Shown piece after piece: positions 26,301 through 37,361 of a stretch of 64,000 nt of DNA; the first letter of the stretch is position 1; every line of letters begins with the position of its first letter. Made by a program: the position numbers and the translations under genes. The notes under the pieces are model-generated. The model was not told the DNA's origin, did no database searches, and worked only from the letters and a program-made list of their open reading frames with translations. The stretch comes from Isurus oxyrinchus. Taxonomy: Eukaryota. The stretch is taken from contig JANJGN010000002.1 in assembly GCA_026770705.1 (NCBI GenBank), forward strand, positions 170,376,001-170,440,000, read 5' to 3'.

Positions 26301-29141
26301 AGCATTTTTATGGGGAGAAAGATTGAATAAGCTGGGGCTCATTTCTATTTGAAAATAGATAACTGACAGGTGACCTGATTGAAGTTTTGCAAATCATGAA
26401 GGAGTTCAGTAAGAGAGATGTAGAAAAGATGTTTAAACTTATGGGGGAGTCTAAAACTGGGGACATAAATATTAGATAGCCACCGATAAATCCAAAACCA
26501 GATTTAGGAGAGACTCAGATCAAACATTGGGCTGTTAAGGTGAATACAATGCCTTTATGGGGAAGCTAGATAGGTACACGAAGGAGAAAGGAGTAGAAGG
26601 ATATGCTGATTAAGCGGAGATGAAATAAGGTGGGAGGAGGCTCATGGAGAACAAATGCCAGAATGATTCTTTTGGGCCAAATGGCCTGTGTCAATGCTAT
26701 AAATTCTACAGCCCAGACCTCCTGACGAGAGGCAACCTTGTCAGTTTGCTGTTCCACTTGAACATTCACCCAACTTGACGCTGCTCCACATTCCTTCCAG
26801 GACCTTCCGAGACCTGCTTTTGCATAAATTCGAATGCACCATGTCCGATGTCACCCCGCGTCATTTTACTCCTCAGCGAGCGGTCCCCGCACCCTCACCG
26901 AGATGAAAATTCTGGCCTTGGACTCAGTCTGGCCACCCATCCCAGGTTGAATTTACACCGATTGGGTTAGGGAAAGCTCTTCATTTCATTCTGAGACAGG
27001 GTGCTCATTTTCGTATGTGCACAATCTTTGTTAGCAGATGTTATATATATCAAAAAATTTAATTTTATTACAAACTGACTGTACCAATAAAACTAGTAAA
27101 TGGTTCAGTATAGATATTTTAAAACCTAATTTTCAGTGATTTCAAATCAGATTATTTGGTATTAATTAAACTTCACCAGGTATTTAAAGAGTCAGAATAT
27201 CGAGGAATATTTATTAATGAAAAGGAAAACATAAACAAATACATTTTATTTAAACTGCCTGATTGTGCTAATCCTTGGAAGGTTTTATATTTGAAGTTAT
27301 TCAAATATATTTTATCAAAAACTTGAACTGTAGCCCAGCAGCAATTTCTTGATTGCATCCCAGATGGAAAGTCTTTCCCAAGTGCTCAACTTTAGTATCA
27401 AAGCTGTTTCCATTTTTATGATGATCTCTTCTTTAAGAACCCAATTCCTGTTGAAGTTATGAAAGATTTTCTTAGTTGGTTGTTTCTGTAGAATTTATGT
27501 AATTTTTTACACGTATGCGCACAAAAGACCACAGAAAACTCCCTGAGGCACAGAACTGCCTCAGGGTGATAGAAGCGCTTTTGAAATAAATAAATGGTTT
27601 GAAAAATGAATTAAACATGTTCCCTATGTGTCACATGAGATGGGACATGTTTTTATATTTCAGGAAAATTTTTCATTTAAGTGGTAAAAGGTTTAGGAAA
27701 CCCTATCCCACTCGTAGATGAGGTTTACTGGAAAAACCTGAAGGCCGCTTGGCCTCTTTGCCTGCCCGCCAACCTTATGGTTGGATGGGCAGTGTAAACA
27801 ATTACATTAATTAATTCATTAATGGCGTTAATAGGCCGATTGGTTATTGGCGGGCGCGCAGCCAACTCCGGTGCACACCTGCCGAACGAAATATCGCGAG
27901 ACAGCACAATGACGCTGGAATACATGCCCGATGTCATCATGCATCATTTTACACGCCGGTCTGTCAGGCCCGCTCCCGCACGCTGACTGAAAAACTCAGG
28001 CCTAAAATTTGGGAATATAGTGGGAAAAGGGAAATTTGGTAAAAAATAATTTTGCATAAGTGGATATGAATCGAAAGATCATTTCAACACCAAAAAAAAA
28101 CACCAGCTAACATACTTGCATTCATTTCGTTATTCTGTCTTTTTTAGTGACCTGAAAGTAAAAGTGTGAGAAACCAAAAAACTTTAAAGTGTAAAAGCAA
28201 AATACTGCGGATGCTGGAAATCTGAAACAAAAACAAAAATAGCTGGAAAAACTCAGCAGGTCTGACAGTATCTGCGGAGAGGAACACAGTTAATATTTCG
28301 AGTCCATATGACTCTTCATCAGAACTAAGGAAAAATAAAAATAAGGTGAATTATAAGCTGGTTGAGGGGGGTGGGACAGGTAGAGCTGGATAGAGGGCCA
28401 GTGATAGGTGGAGGCTGGCCCTCTATCCAGCTGTACCTGTCCCACCTCCCTCAACCAGCTTATAATTCACCTTATTTTTATTTTTCCTTAGTTCTGATGA
28501 AGAGTCATATGGACTCGAAATATTAACTGTGTTCCTCTCCGCAGATACTGTCAGACCTGCTGAGTTTTTCCAGCTATTTTTTGTTTTTACCTTTAAAGTA
28601 TGCTGTGAAAGATAATGAGTAGGTGCGGTTGCTTTGGCATGTTTTGAATACTCTTCTTGTCTAAATATTTAATTATTTTGTGTTTTTTATAAAGTGCCCT
28701 GGATGTGGAAGTTGTGTTGAACGGAAATATCTGACAAACCTATCTGTGAAATGTGTAATCTGTACAGCTGAGAAAGGAAAGTGTTATGAATTCTGCTGGC
28801 AATGTATGAAGGAATGGAAGGGCCGAGCACCACGCTCTGATCGATGTGACAATGAAGGGTGCACCAATGTTCAACTGGAAACCCTAAAAAACTGTGACAC
28901 CAAGGTTTTGGCCTACAGCAAAATTCACTGTCCAAAAATTCGTGCATGTCCTACATGTGGGGTGCTCATAGAGCATAAAGACATGTGCAAATATGTCATA
29001 TGCACTAGATGTCATGTAGCATTTTGCTTTGCATGCCTTCAGACTGAAAACGTTTGCAGAAAATCATCTAATTATCTTAATGCTTGTGCTAAATCTGTGG
29101 CACCAAAGCAAACAAGTATTCCTGTGTGGAATCGTACCTAA
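20300..29141 (+). CDS. Compact RBR-family (RING1-like/IBR/RING2) E3 ubiquitin ligase gene, 4 coding exons, 265 aa
   Basis: Exons 20300-20375, 20640-20740, 25919-26092 and 28695-29141 all have GT-AG boundaries and join in frame: MEVVEKRYDPNDTTLKFVKGKDEITG/EDDDPNALRAEMSCGHAVDPNSLTAWCRSLIDQ/GHFTFHCPG..KCNKEWPYVEVRRLALL..YCEYKW/CPGCGSC..C..C..FCWQCMKEW..CPTCGVLIEHKDMCKYVICTRCHVAFCFAC. Resembles from memory the fish ariadne/RNF144-like small RBR family. Confidence 0.9.
20640..20740 (+). CDS. RBR E3 ligase coding exon 2 (RAEMSCGH RING1 part)
   Basis: Acceptor ctgtttcag|, donor CAG|gtctgt; encodes EDDDPNALRAEMSCGHAVDPNSLTAWCRSLIDQ. Confidence 0.9.
20837..20875 (-). ncRNA. Minimal type-I hammerhead ribozyme motif in Penelope terminus
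   Basis: rc: AGTT-CTGATGA-A-GAGTC-ATATG-GACTC-GAAA-CG-TT-AACT; palindromic AACGTT stem III as described for Penelope hammerheads. Confidence 0.65.
23316..25288 (-). mobile_element. 5'-truncated Vingi/Ingi-like LINE nested in the Penelope, 10-bp TSD
   Basis: TSD TCATTGAGGT at 23306-23315 and 25289-25298; RT motifs FVDLAAAYD, LPQGS, YADD; RTSALALCYS..EYACPAW; C-terminal CECG..HLLQC. Confidence 0.85.
25919..26092 (+). CDS. RBR E3 ligase coding exon 3
   Basis: Acceptor catattttag|, donor TGG|gtaatt; 174 nt, phase 0-0; GHFTFHCPGEKKGTDEKCNKEWPYVEVRRLALLTDEEQQYFEEKVSILAAAKYCEYKW. Confidence 0.9.
26310..26705 (+). mobile_element. CR1 LINE 3' fragment
   Basis: Degenerate GDLIEV..MF.LMGES.TGGH text and CR1-type tail. 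Confidence 0.65.
26830..26917 (-). mobile_element. Harbinger MITE terminal fragment
   Basis: Ends AAAATTCTGGCC; matches the rc of the MITE left end. Confidence 0.6.
27500..28002 (-). mobile_element. Harbinger-type MITE, partial, reverse orientation
   Basis: Contains ccctgaggc..gcctcaggg and aaacc..atc..gatgaggttt hairpins; ends AAAACTCAGGCC. Confidence 0.75.
28229..28588. repeat. Penelope-derived fold-back, ~173-bp near-identical arms, 13-nt loop, in RBR intron 3
   Basis: Arms 28229-28401 and 28415-28588 differ by about 2 substitutions and one T-run indel. Confidence 0.93.
28490..28528 (+). ncRNA. Minimal hammerhead ribozyme motif, sense to RBR pre-mRNA (mirror copy 28288-28326 on -)
   Basis: AGTT-CTGATGA-A-GAGTC-ATATG-GACTC-GAAA-TA-TT-AACT. 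Confidence 0.55.
28695..29141 (+). CDS. RBR E3 ligase terminal coding exon (IBR + RING2)
   Basis: Acceptor tgttttttataaag|TGC; in ORF 28680..29141; IBR and RING2 Cys patterns; TAA stop. Confidence 0.93.
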   Translation, partial: CPGCGSCVERKYLTNLSVKCVICTAEKGKCYEFCWQCMKEWKGRAPRSDRCDNEGCTNVQLETLKNCDTKVLAYSKIHCPKIRACPTCGVLIEHKDMCKYVICTRCHVAFCFACLQTENVCRKSSNYLNACAKSVAPKQTSIPVWNRT

Positions 29142-29251
29142 AATTCAAATACTTCTGATGCTTAAGGTGTTGCTGAATCCTTTTGATGTACAATCAGTTA
29201 AGCAAATAATCAGAGTCTTAAGATTGAATGTAAGTTTGAAAACAAAAATCA

Positions 29252-29257
29252 AATAAA
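29252..29257 (+). terminator. Candidate polyadenylation signal of RBR gene
   Basis: AATAAA ~110 nt after the stop codon in AT-rich 3' sequence. Confidence 0.5.
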
Positions 29258-29486
29258 CATCAAATAGCTCAATGCAAGTCATTTATTTTTGCTGATCAAT
29301 GTTACCTGATTTTGCTAATTATTCTATGGGATTTAATAAGATAAACATTTTGCGTTTTGTTTGTTCTGACGATATTATTGTAAGCTGTTACCAAACAAAT
29401 AAATAATTATTATAATTAACATTTCATATTGCCAACAAGATTGTTTCCTAATACTTTCATCTCTAAATTAACATGAACTTTAGTAC

Positions 29487-32462
29487 ATGCAGAACTTTTC
29501 GTTGACGGGCGGGCACGCGCCCAACCCACTCAAGCATGAAATAACACACGTTGACATTGGCCGAGCATGGCGAAGTCAACGTGCACTCTTGTGATATTTC
29601 GCTTGGTGGGCGCGCAAGGGAGACTGAGATGCACTCACCATTAAGAGGCCAGTTAAGGCCCTTGACGCACCAATTGTCTCCGAATTTATGGAGCCCGTGC
29701 GAATTTTCGGCTGTCACACGGGCAAAATGGGCAGGCGGCCAGGCCACAACTTGCAAAAGCTCATCCATGGGTGGGATAAGAGGGATCAGCAGCATTGTCA
29801 TTGTGAGTAGTGAGAGATTTTGGAGATTGTATGCTTTTCATTTCGCTTCAGAGCTGCATCCTGAGCATTTCAAGGCTTCATTTCAGGACTCATTGTTGTC
29901 TTCCAGGCCCCCTGAGAATTCAGACCACGTGGTCCCTTCCAGGTATCAGACAGCCTTCCATAACCACAGTAATGGGGATTGTGGTCTCTGCTGGTGGCAC
30001 CTCCTCTGAGGAGGAAGAGAGGGGCAGAAGGGAGAGGAGGCAAGGTGTCCCTATTCTGCCTCCAGGGGAGTGATTTGTGGGAGGACAGGCGCAGACACAA
30101 GAGGGGCAGGGCCAGCTGGCAGTCCAAAGCAGATGGGGCTACAGAAGACGTCACTATTTTGCTGCCAGCATTCACAGGCAGCGATGCAGCTACCTCAATA
30201 TGTCTGAGGTGCAATGCCAAAGGAGGCTCCGCCTTTCAAGGGAGATAGTGACCTCCATTTGCCAGATGATTGGGCCTGAGATCAGCTCCAACTATGTGGG
30301 TGGAATCCCATGCCTGTGGTTCTGAAGGTCACAGTGGCTCTCAACGTCTATGCCTCTGCCTCTTTCCAGGGGTCAGTGGGTGATCCGTGTGGAGTCTCCC
30401 AATCAGCTGTCCACAGTTGCTCCAAGCCAGTGACAGAAGCTCTGTTCAGGCGAGTATTGATTTTCATTCATTTCTGTACGGATGAGACCAGACAGGCAGA
30501 GCGAGCCAAAGGCTTTACAGCGATTACTGCGTTCCCCCGCGTCCAGGGTGCTATAAACTGTACACATGTGGCCCTCAAGGTGCCAGCAGTTGAGCCCGGT
30601 GCCTTCGTCAACAGGAAGGGCTTCCACTCCATGAACGTGCAGATAGCGTGTGATCACAGGATGCAGATTCTGCAAGTCTGTGCAAGGTACCCAGGTGCAC
30701 GCATCCTGAGACACTCCCAGGTGCTGAGGCTGTTCAGTGCTCCAGTCCAACTGGATGGATGGCTGCTGGATGACAAGGGCTATCTCCTCAAAAGGTGGCT
30801 CATGATGCCTCTCCACCATCCAAGAACAGAGGCCAAGCAGCGGTCCAATAGGAGCCACGCCTCCACAAGGGCGGTGGTAGAGAGAACCATCGGCCTTCTC
30901 AAGATGCGCCTCTGATGCCTGGGCTGTTCACAGGGAATACTACAATACCCCCCAGAGCGGGTGTCACTGATAGTGGTTGCATGCTGCATTCTCCACAATC
31001 TGGTACAGGCAAGGTGGGGACCCACTGGAGGAAGAGGATGTTGACACAGCTGCACAGGCAACAGAGTATCCAGTAGTGAGTCCGAGGACGAGCACAGTGA
31101 GGAGAACACTGAAGGCATGGATGCTGACCTGGGTAACCTCCAGGGAGACAGGGACATCTTTGATCCAACGCTCCTTCAGCTAGCCTACCGAATAAGAATC
31201 ACTACCAGATGCAGGGCTGCAGGCTCCAAACTCAACCCCTGACAGGACCATTTCCTTTACCACCAGCATACACTTTGTGTCTGTGCAATAAAGTTTCAGG
31301 AGACATACATACATCATTACATAATGATCCACCCTGCACCTACAGAACAAATGAAGCATACAGAGCCCCACAGCACAAAATAAAAACTCATTTAGTTGTG
31401 CGTGTGAAACATAGCTGAAATGAACATTAACCTTAATCACACCTCTAAAAAATATAAAGCAAAGTGGGGGCACAAAATATCACCAGTGATAAGGCTGTCT
31501 TGTGCTTAAGGTGCTTTACATTTACATTTGCGGGTGCAACGTCTAGGTGCTCCTCCTTCATTGGCACCGGCATTGGAGACAGCCTGCTCACTGTTGTCCT
31601 GTTGGCCATGATGACCTTGGCGGGCATCCTCTGGCCCATGGAGCCTGTGCTGGTCCCGACTGGATGGAAACAGCCAGTGCCTAGGCTGGCATTTCCCCAG
31701 TCGCCGCAGCCTCACCAGATGCCATGGTGACTGGCAGAGTGTCAGAGGAGCTGCTGGCATCATCCAGATGCCCTGAGAGAAGCCTACAGTGATGACAGGC
31801 AGCTCATGCGCCAACGTGATGCTGCTTTGGACCTCCCTGCTCAACATTCGTGGAAGGGAACGTAGCTGGGATCCTGCGGGTGGCCAGCCCTTAACTGTTC
31901 TGCACACTAGCTCATGCCAACACAGTACTCATCTTTCCCAATTGCAATTGGCCTTTGATGTGCTTCCAGCACTGCACCCATGAGCGCCTCACCACGTTGT
32001 GGCTGCTGACCCTGGATGCCATCTCCTCCTAGGCCTTCTTGGTGAGGTGGGGGGTCCTCCTCCTCCTGTCTCTAGGAACAAGGGTGTCCCTCCTGGCCGC
32101 CACCTGCTCCAGGAGGGCGCAAGGCACTTGTCAGAGAAATGCGGGGCCAACTGCCCCACCAACCGACCTGCCCTCCCACCTGCTTGTCCAACCACAGTGG
32201 AATCCATTGAGAGTTCAGCGTCCTTCCATGGCTGCCTTCCAGGGGCTATGTGGGCTGCTTTTGAATCGGCTGCTGGGTCGCCATTGGGCCCAGCAGACAT
32301 CATGCCCCCGCCCCTTCTCGGAGCTTCCCCAGCCATATTTCACGTTGGGCGGGCCTTAATTGGCCCGCCAGTGTGAAATCGCGGTCCGTTCCCAATTGCG
32401 GACGGCAGCCACCTTCCTGACCACCACTGCCAAGCCCGCCCAACACGGGCAAAATTTTGCCC
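29487..32462 (+). mobile_element. Harbinger transposon (~3 kb) with transposase pseudogene
   Basis: Right TIR AAAATTTTGCCC, degenerate left ATGCAGAACTTT, flanks TAC/TAT; ORFs 30077..30325 and 30310..30915 (QGAINCTHV, NRKGFHSMNVQ, DDKGY, VVERTIGLLKMR). Confidence 0.9.
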
Positions 32463-32932
32463 TATGTGTTCTTCATGAGTCTGGCTTTTTCTTTTCCATT
32501 CTTCATTTATATGTAGGTGTGGCTGTAGCTTTATAATTGTTGTTTGATACCATTGCAAATGCAAGTGAGCATATTTTTCAACCTTTGTTGCATTTCTCAT
32601 AGGAGTGCTTGATGCAGTTGCATTGAATCGCTCTCTGCGCTTTCTTAATGTTAAACTATTTAAAATAAACATTTAATTTTAAAAGTGTTAAGATATACAT
32701 GAAGAAAATTGAAGGGCAATTACTGTACAATTTGTGTAAATAGGTTGTTGGTGCACTGTGCTGTAAAAGAGCTGGAGAGAATATACATCAGTGACTATGT
32801 GTGTTAAGCAGTGTGCAATTTTTATCTTTTTTAAATTCACATTATATCTGAGCTGTTAAACATTTATCACTCTATTGTTTCAATTTGTATAAAGGTAAGA
32901 AATTTGGCACAAATACATTAAACGTTTTATAT

Positions 32933-33000
32933 CAGTGGTTCCCAAATCATTGGTTGCAAACCCCAATGGGGTCGCAGAGGTCACTTTTGGGATTGCAGCT
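32933..33000 (+). mobile_element. hAT/Charlie-like terminal fragment
   Basis: CAGTGGTTCCCAAA start with a ttgcaaacccc..ggggtcgcag dyad. Confidence 0.4.
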
Positions 33001-33379
33001 CCCCCTCCTCCTAGGCAGCAATTGGAGAGCAGACAATCCAGACCAGACTAGGTGCTGGCAGGACAGCCCTAGAACCACTGATTATCAAGGCTTGGACAGT
33101 GAGCTAAAACTGCTCTTTAACCTCAGAGAACACATTTAGCACCCTGTGCTGCGTGGGCCGGGACGATTGTGCGTCAACTTGGCGCAGATTAAGGCTGGCA
33201 AGTATAATGCAGTGACTGTGGGAATAACCAGGAGGTTATATGTCTGAGCAGGGTAGCTGCCTAACGGAAAACTGTGACATAATTCTTGTGTTCAAATGCA
33301 CTAAAAACAATCAGTAATCATTTGACATCAAACATGCGTGTGATTGGTGGGGGTTGGGGGGTGTTTACAGTCTGAGTAC

Positions 33380-33700
33380 TGTGTGTGTGTGTGTGTGTCT
33401 GTGTGGGGTAGGGTGGAGATGGGCTGATTATTCTGTGTGTGAGGGAGAGGGGCTAATTACTATGTGCGTGTGGCGGGAGGGGAAGAGGGGCTGGTTATAG
33501 TGTGTGTGCGCGTGTGTGTGTGTGTGTGTGTTGGGGAGGTCGGTTGATTTCAGTGTTTGTACGTGGGGGGCGAGAGGGGCTGATTGTATGTATGCGTAGA
33601 GAGAGGGGCTGATCACTCTGTGCGATTTGGGGCTTTGATAGAGAGGCTGATTAATGTGTGTAGTGGGGGTGGGGGAGAGGTGGAGGCTGATTACAAGGGC
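33380..33700. repeat. (TG)n microsatellites within a G-rich degenerate minisatellite
   Basis: Recurring GGGGCTGATT(A)..TGTGTG units of ~30-60 bp. Confidence 0.75.
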
Positions 33701-34951
33701 CAAGGAGAGAAATCCTGGGCCCTGGTGTTTCTCCCTTTATTCCTCCCTCCCCACTTTAACCCTCCCCCTCAATTACGCATGATTTTTTTTTACTCTTTCA
33801 GGGTTCACCAATCAATCCACAAAATCATCATAGAAAGGTCCTAGCAAAATGATAATGCCGATGGTTGACATCTGGTTACAAATATCGTCTGATACATATG
33901 CAGCATGGGACGTTAATATTATGATCAGCAACAATATAACACAACATTAGTTTGTGTGTACCCTATAGGTGATCCCACCATGAACATTAAACATACCAGA
34001 GAGTACAAATTTTACTTTAACATCGTTGTGCAATATTGGTAATCTGAAGGAAAGTATCCCTTTAGTTATTTATAACACTGTGCTGATGATGACACTGATT
34101 TTGGTGACTGCTTTCAGCTCTAATGTTCTGTACAATGCGCCCAATGGACATGGTGACAGTAAATTCATATTTGGGAAAAGAATTCAATACTTTCAACCTA
34201 GGTAAACTGCACAAGATCATTTCCATTATGTAGAAGAAGTAGAAGACTTTCTTCTGCCTTAGTATATTCAATATATTTCATACAAGGGGTGTAACAATTC
34301 TACTTCAACAGCAGTCACACAGGATTGAAAGGTCAAACGACTCTTGAGCGAAAAAGTGGAATGATTGAACAACATAGGTTTTTACTGTCAGTGAGAAGCT
34401 TTGGAGCCCTCAGGTGTCTGTACAACATAGTTTTTAGGAGGCCAGAGGACAAAGATTAAATAGTTCACTATTGAAACCTGTGTTTTCTTCATTAGCAAGT
34501 CTAAAAACTCTGCTGATTGCTGCTTCTCACTACACTATATTCTTAATATCTACAATGCAAAGCAACTTTATCACAATATTTCACTATCTCAAAAAAATCT
34601 CATAAAAAGCAGAATATAAAGTGGAAAAGGTAGACAAAAGGACAAGACTTGAGCATCATGTGCAGGATAAAACGGATTACTGATTTACTATGAGCCCATT
34701 ATGCACTCATGTTCTGGCAATTTCACCTCATAAAGTCTGCTCAGAGTAAACATTCATTAGCAACAAAATAAACAGAATTCCATCCATGCTCCACCTCCCA
34801 TTTGCAAGATAATTATGGATGACAAAGGCCAACTAACCAAGCTCATCTCATCCATCTAGAATGACATACGGACATATGTATTAGGAGCAGAATAGGCCAT
34901 TCAGTCCCTTGTTCCTGTTTTGCCATTTGATAACAATGCCCACATTATACC

Positions 34952-37275
34952 TGTTACTGAGTGATGAGAGATGTATATTTTTATATGTTTGCGATTATGT
35001 TTTCTATGTAAAGAGCTGTGGGTGTGTGTGTGTACAGGGTTAATCAAACAGGGGACAGGCTAGTAAAGACAGGTTGTCTGTGAGGTTTAAGAGATGAAAT
35101 ATTAAAGGTGTTAGGTTTGTGCATTTGTAATGAGAGGTTATGGAGGGGTTTGTGTTACAAGTATGTTGGATCTGAAATTTGCATCGTGACATAAATGGGG
35201 AAATTGGTTTTTAGCTGTTGAATTCAGAGGTGACAGGGAATATTTGCATTTTACAGGGGTTCATGAATAAACAGGGGAAGGTATATTAAATTTTATTGAC
35301 CCGCAGGTAGAGGCAAAATAGAAAACATGAAATATTTTTATATTTGGAGAAGTTGAATTTCAAAGAAGTGTTTGAGGACCTGAGATGAAAGGGGAAAGCA
35401 TGTAAGGAAAGGGATGTTTGTAGCAATTTGCTGTAGGGTGATGTCCACAGAAGATAGCTTCTGTGCGCTGGAGTGCTCAAAAGCTGTGAAAGATTTAAAT
35501 TGAAGAAAACAACTCGGTGCTAAGCCAGGGAAGTCTTTGGGTTGAACCATCTCAGATTTGCACTAAGTGCAGTAGCGGACAGGAAAAAGATTGTTTTACC
35601 CGTTAGCTGTAATGATGGCTTTTCACATCATTTCATCCCAATCCTGCCTCATCAATCATGCATTCCCGGAGAACACACCACTTCAATGGCAGGCAGAGTC
35701 TCACTTTGCCTGCCATGCTGTCACCTCACTGCCTCCTCACATGGAGTGCCATATTTAAAATGCAGCCATGCACCACAACTCTTGGTGCTTCCAGCCCAGG
35801 ACTGCTGCACAGAAGACATGGCCCCGAAAGGCAAAAAGACTGCAGAGCCCCGATTCAGCGATGCATCCCTGGAACACCTTTTAAATGCCATGGAGGCCTG
35901 CCATGATGTCCTCTAACTCTGCTCTGGCTGCAGGAGGTCCAGCAATCTCACCGCTCTGGCTTGGTAGGCATTGGCAGTGGTGATCTGTGCCAAAGTTCCA
36001 GAAGAGGCTGCCCATCCAATGCAGAAAGAGGATGAATGATCTTATCCATGCCACCAGAGTAAGGCAACCATCGTATCACTATAATCTCACACAATCAAAC
36101 CCATCACACATTCACTGGCATCTCACTCACTGCCAGTTCAAGGGACATCATCACTCACTCTCTCTCACACACCCTCACATCTCCACCTGGCCTCATCTCT
36201 GGAGACTGCCTCCTCAGCCCTCACCATCTTGAGGCCACTTGTACAGGTCAACTTGTGCCCCCACACACACCCTGGGATACTCACCTTCCCTAGTGCAGCC
36301 TTAGCTCTGCAGCCTCTTCCCTAGCCTGAGGCCACTTCTCCACCTTTCCCAAGTAAGCCCTAGCCCTGCAGCCATTGAAAAGCCACCTCCACCTTATGAC
36401 TGGCCTGGTAGGTAGAGACCTGCCTGTGAGCCCTCTTAAAAGTGATGTAATGTCTGTGAAGACTTTCAGTGATGACTGTGAGTGTTGCCTGAAGCAAGGA
36501 GCAAGGTAGGCAAACAAATCTTGAAGTCTAGAGTGAAGTGCAGCTCACCAGGTCGCACGTCATTTATGTACAGCTGTGAGACATGTCAGCATGACCTTGG
36601 ATGATCCAGCCTGGGGGGATTATTCCAGTGAACTGGGCTCATAATGATATGCAGACGTATTACAACGAAGTTCCCAATGTCTGACGGAGGGAAATGTGGC
36701 CCACCATTGACGGGCAGAGTGGACGATGTCGTGAAACTGATTTTTTGGCCTTCTCACCATATTGGCCACTCGCCGTCGAACATGCCCACTGCAATGGGCA
36801 CGGAAAATTCCGCCCTTTGTTTTAGGAAACAATTTGTTTCAGGAAACAATTTGTTTCTTAACCTACTTTTGGAATTCTATATCAGAGTGGAAGTGTCTGA
36901 GAAGCCGTGAGGTGTACCTTTATTAAAGTGACAATGCCTTGATTTGGGTAATGTTTACTGGATTTTTATGGTTAACAATCTATAAGGTGTTATTGCCAAA
37001 AAGGTAGTTTAATTGTGGACTTTCAATCAAGCATGTTCTTTGGGGGTTGTTCTGTAAGGCTGTTTTAACTGGGTAACTTTTATCTCGTGTGCTTAAAATT
37101 TTTTTTCTTTTTAATAATTGTTTTAAGTTTTAAAATTCTAAAGGTTTTACTGGGGTTCTATGCTTTTGAGGTGAGTAGCTCTTCCTCCTCATTTTCATGA
37201 TATAAAAAAGGGTTTATGATCAGTGAGACTCTGGGGTCTGGCTTGCTCAGCAATAATATCAGCTGTGGTTATAAC
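34952..37275. mobile_element. Probable solo LTR split by a Harbinger insertion
   Basis: TGTTAC...TATAACA ends; non-coding; the interior 35550-36815 is Harbinger. Confidence 0.45.
35550..36815 (+). mobile_element. Non-autonomous Harbinger carrying Myb/SANT exon 1
   Basis: MAPKGKKTAEPRFSDASLEHLL..IQCRKRMNDLIHATR|gtaagg; right TIR AAAATTCCGCCC. Confidence 0.8.
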
Positions 37276-37361
37276 AACTGCAACTCAGAAATATTTAATT
37301 AGCTGTAAAGTGATTTGGACATTGTGAAAGTTGCTTTATAAATGGAGGTTTAGTCTTTACT

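Noticed and set aside
31464-32376. Cluster of GC-rich overlapping ORFs
   Set aside because: Inside the Harbinger 29487-32462; decayed Myb-gene and subterminal sequence without a coherent independent protein.
34160-34205. TCR J-segment-like peptide (KFIFGKR..P|gt)
   Set aside because: Lacks the FGxG motif, and no heptamer/nonamer RSS is visible upstream.
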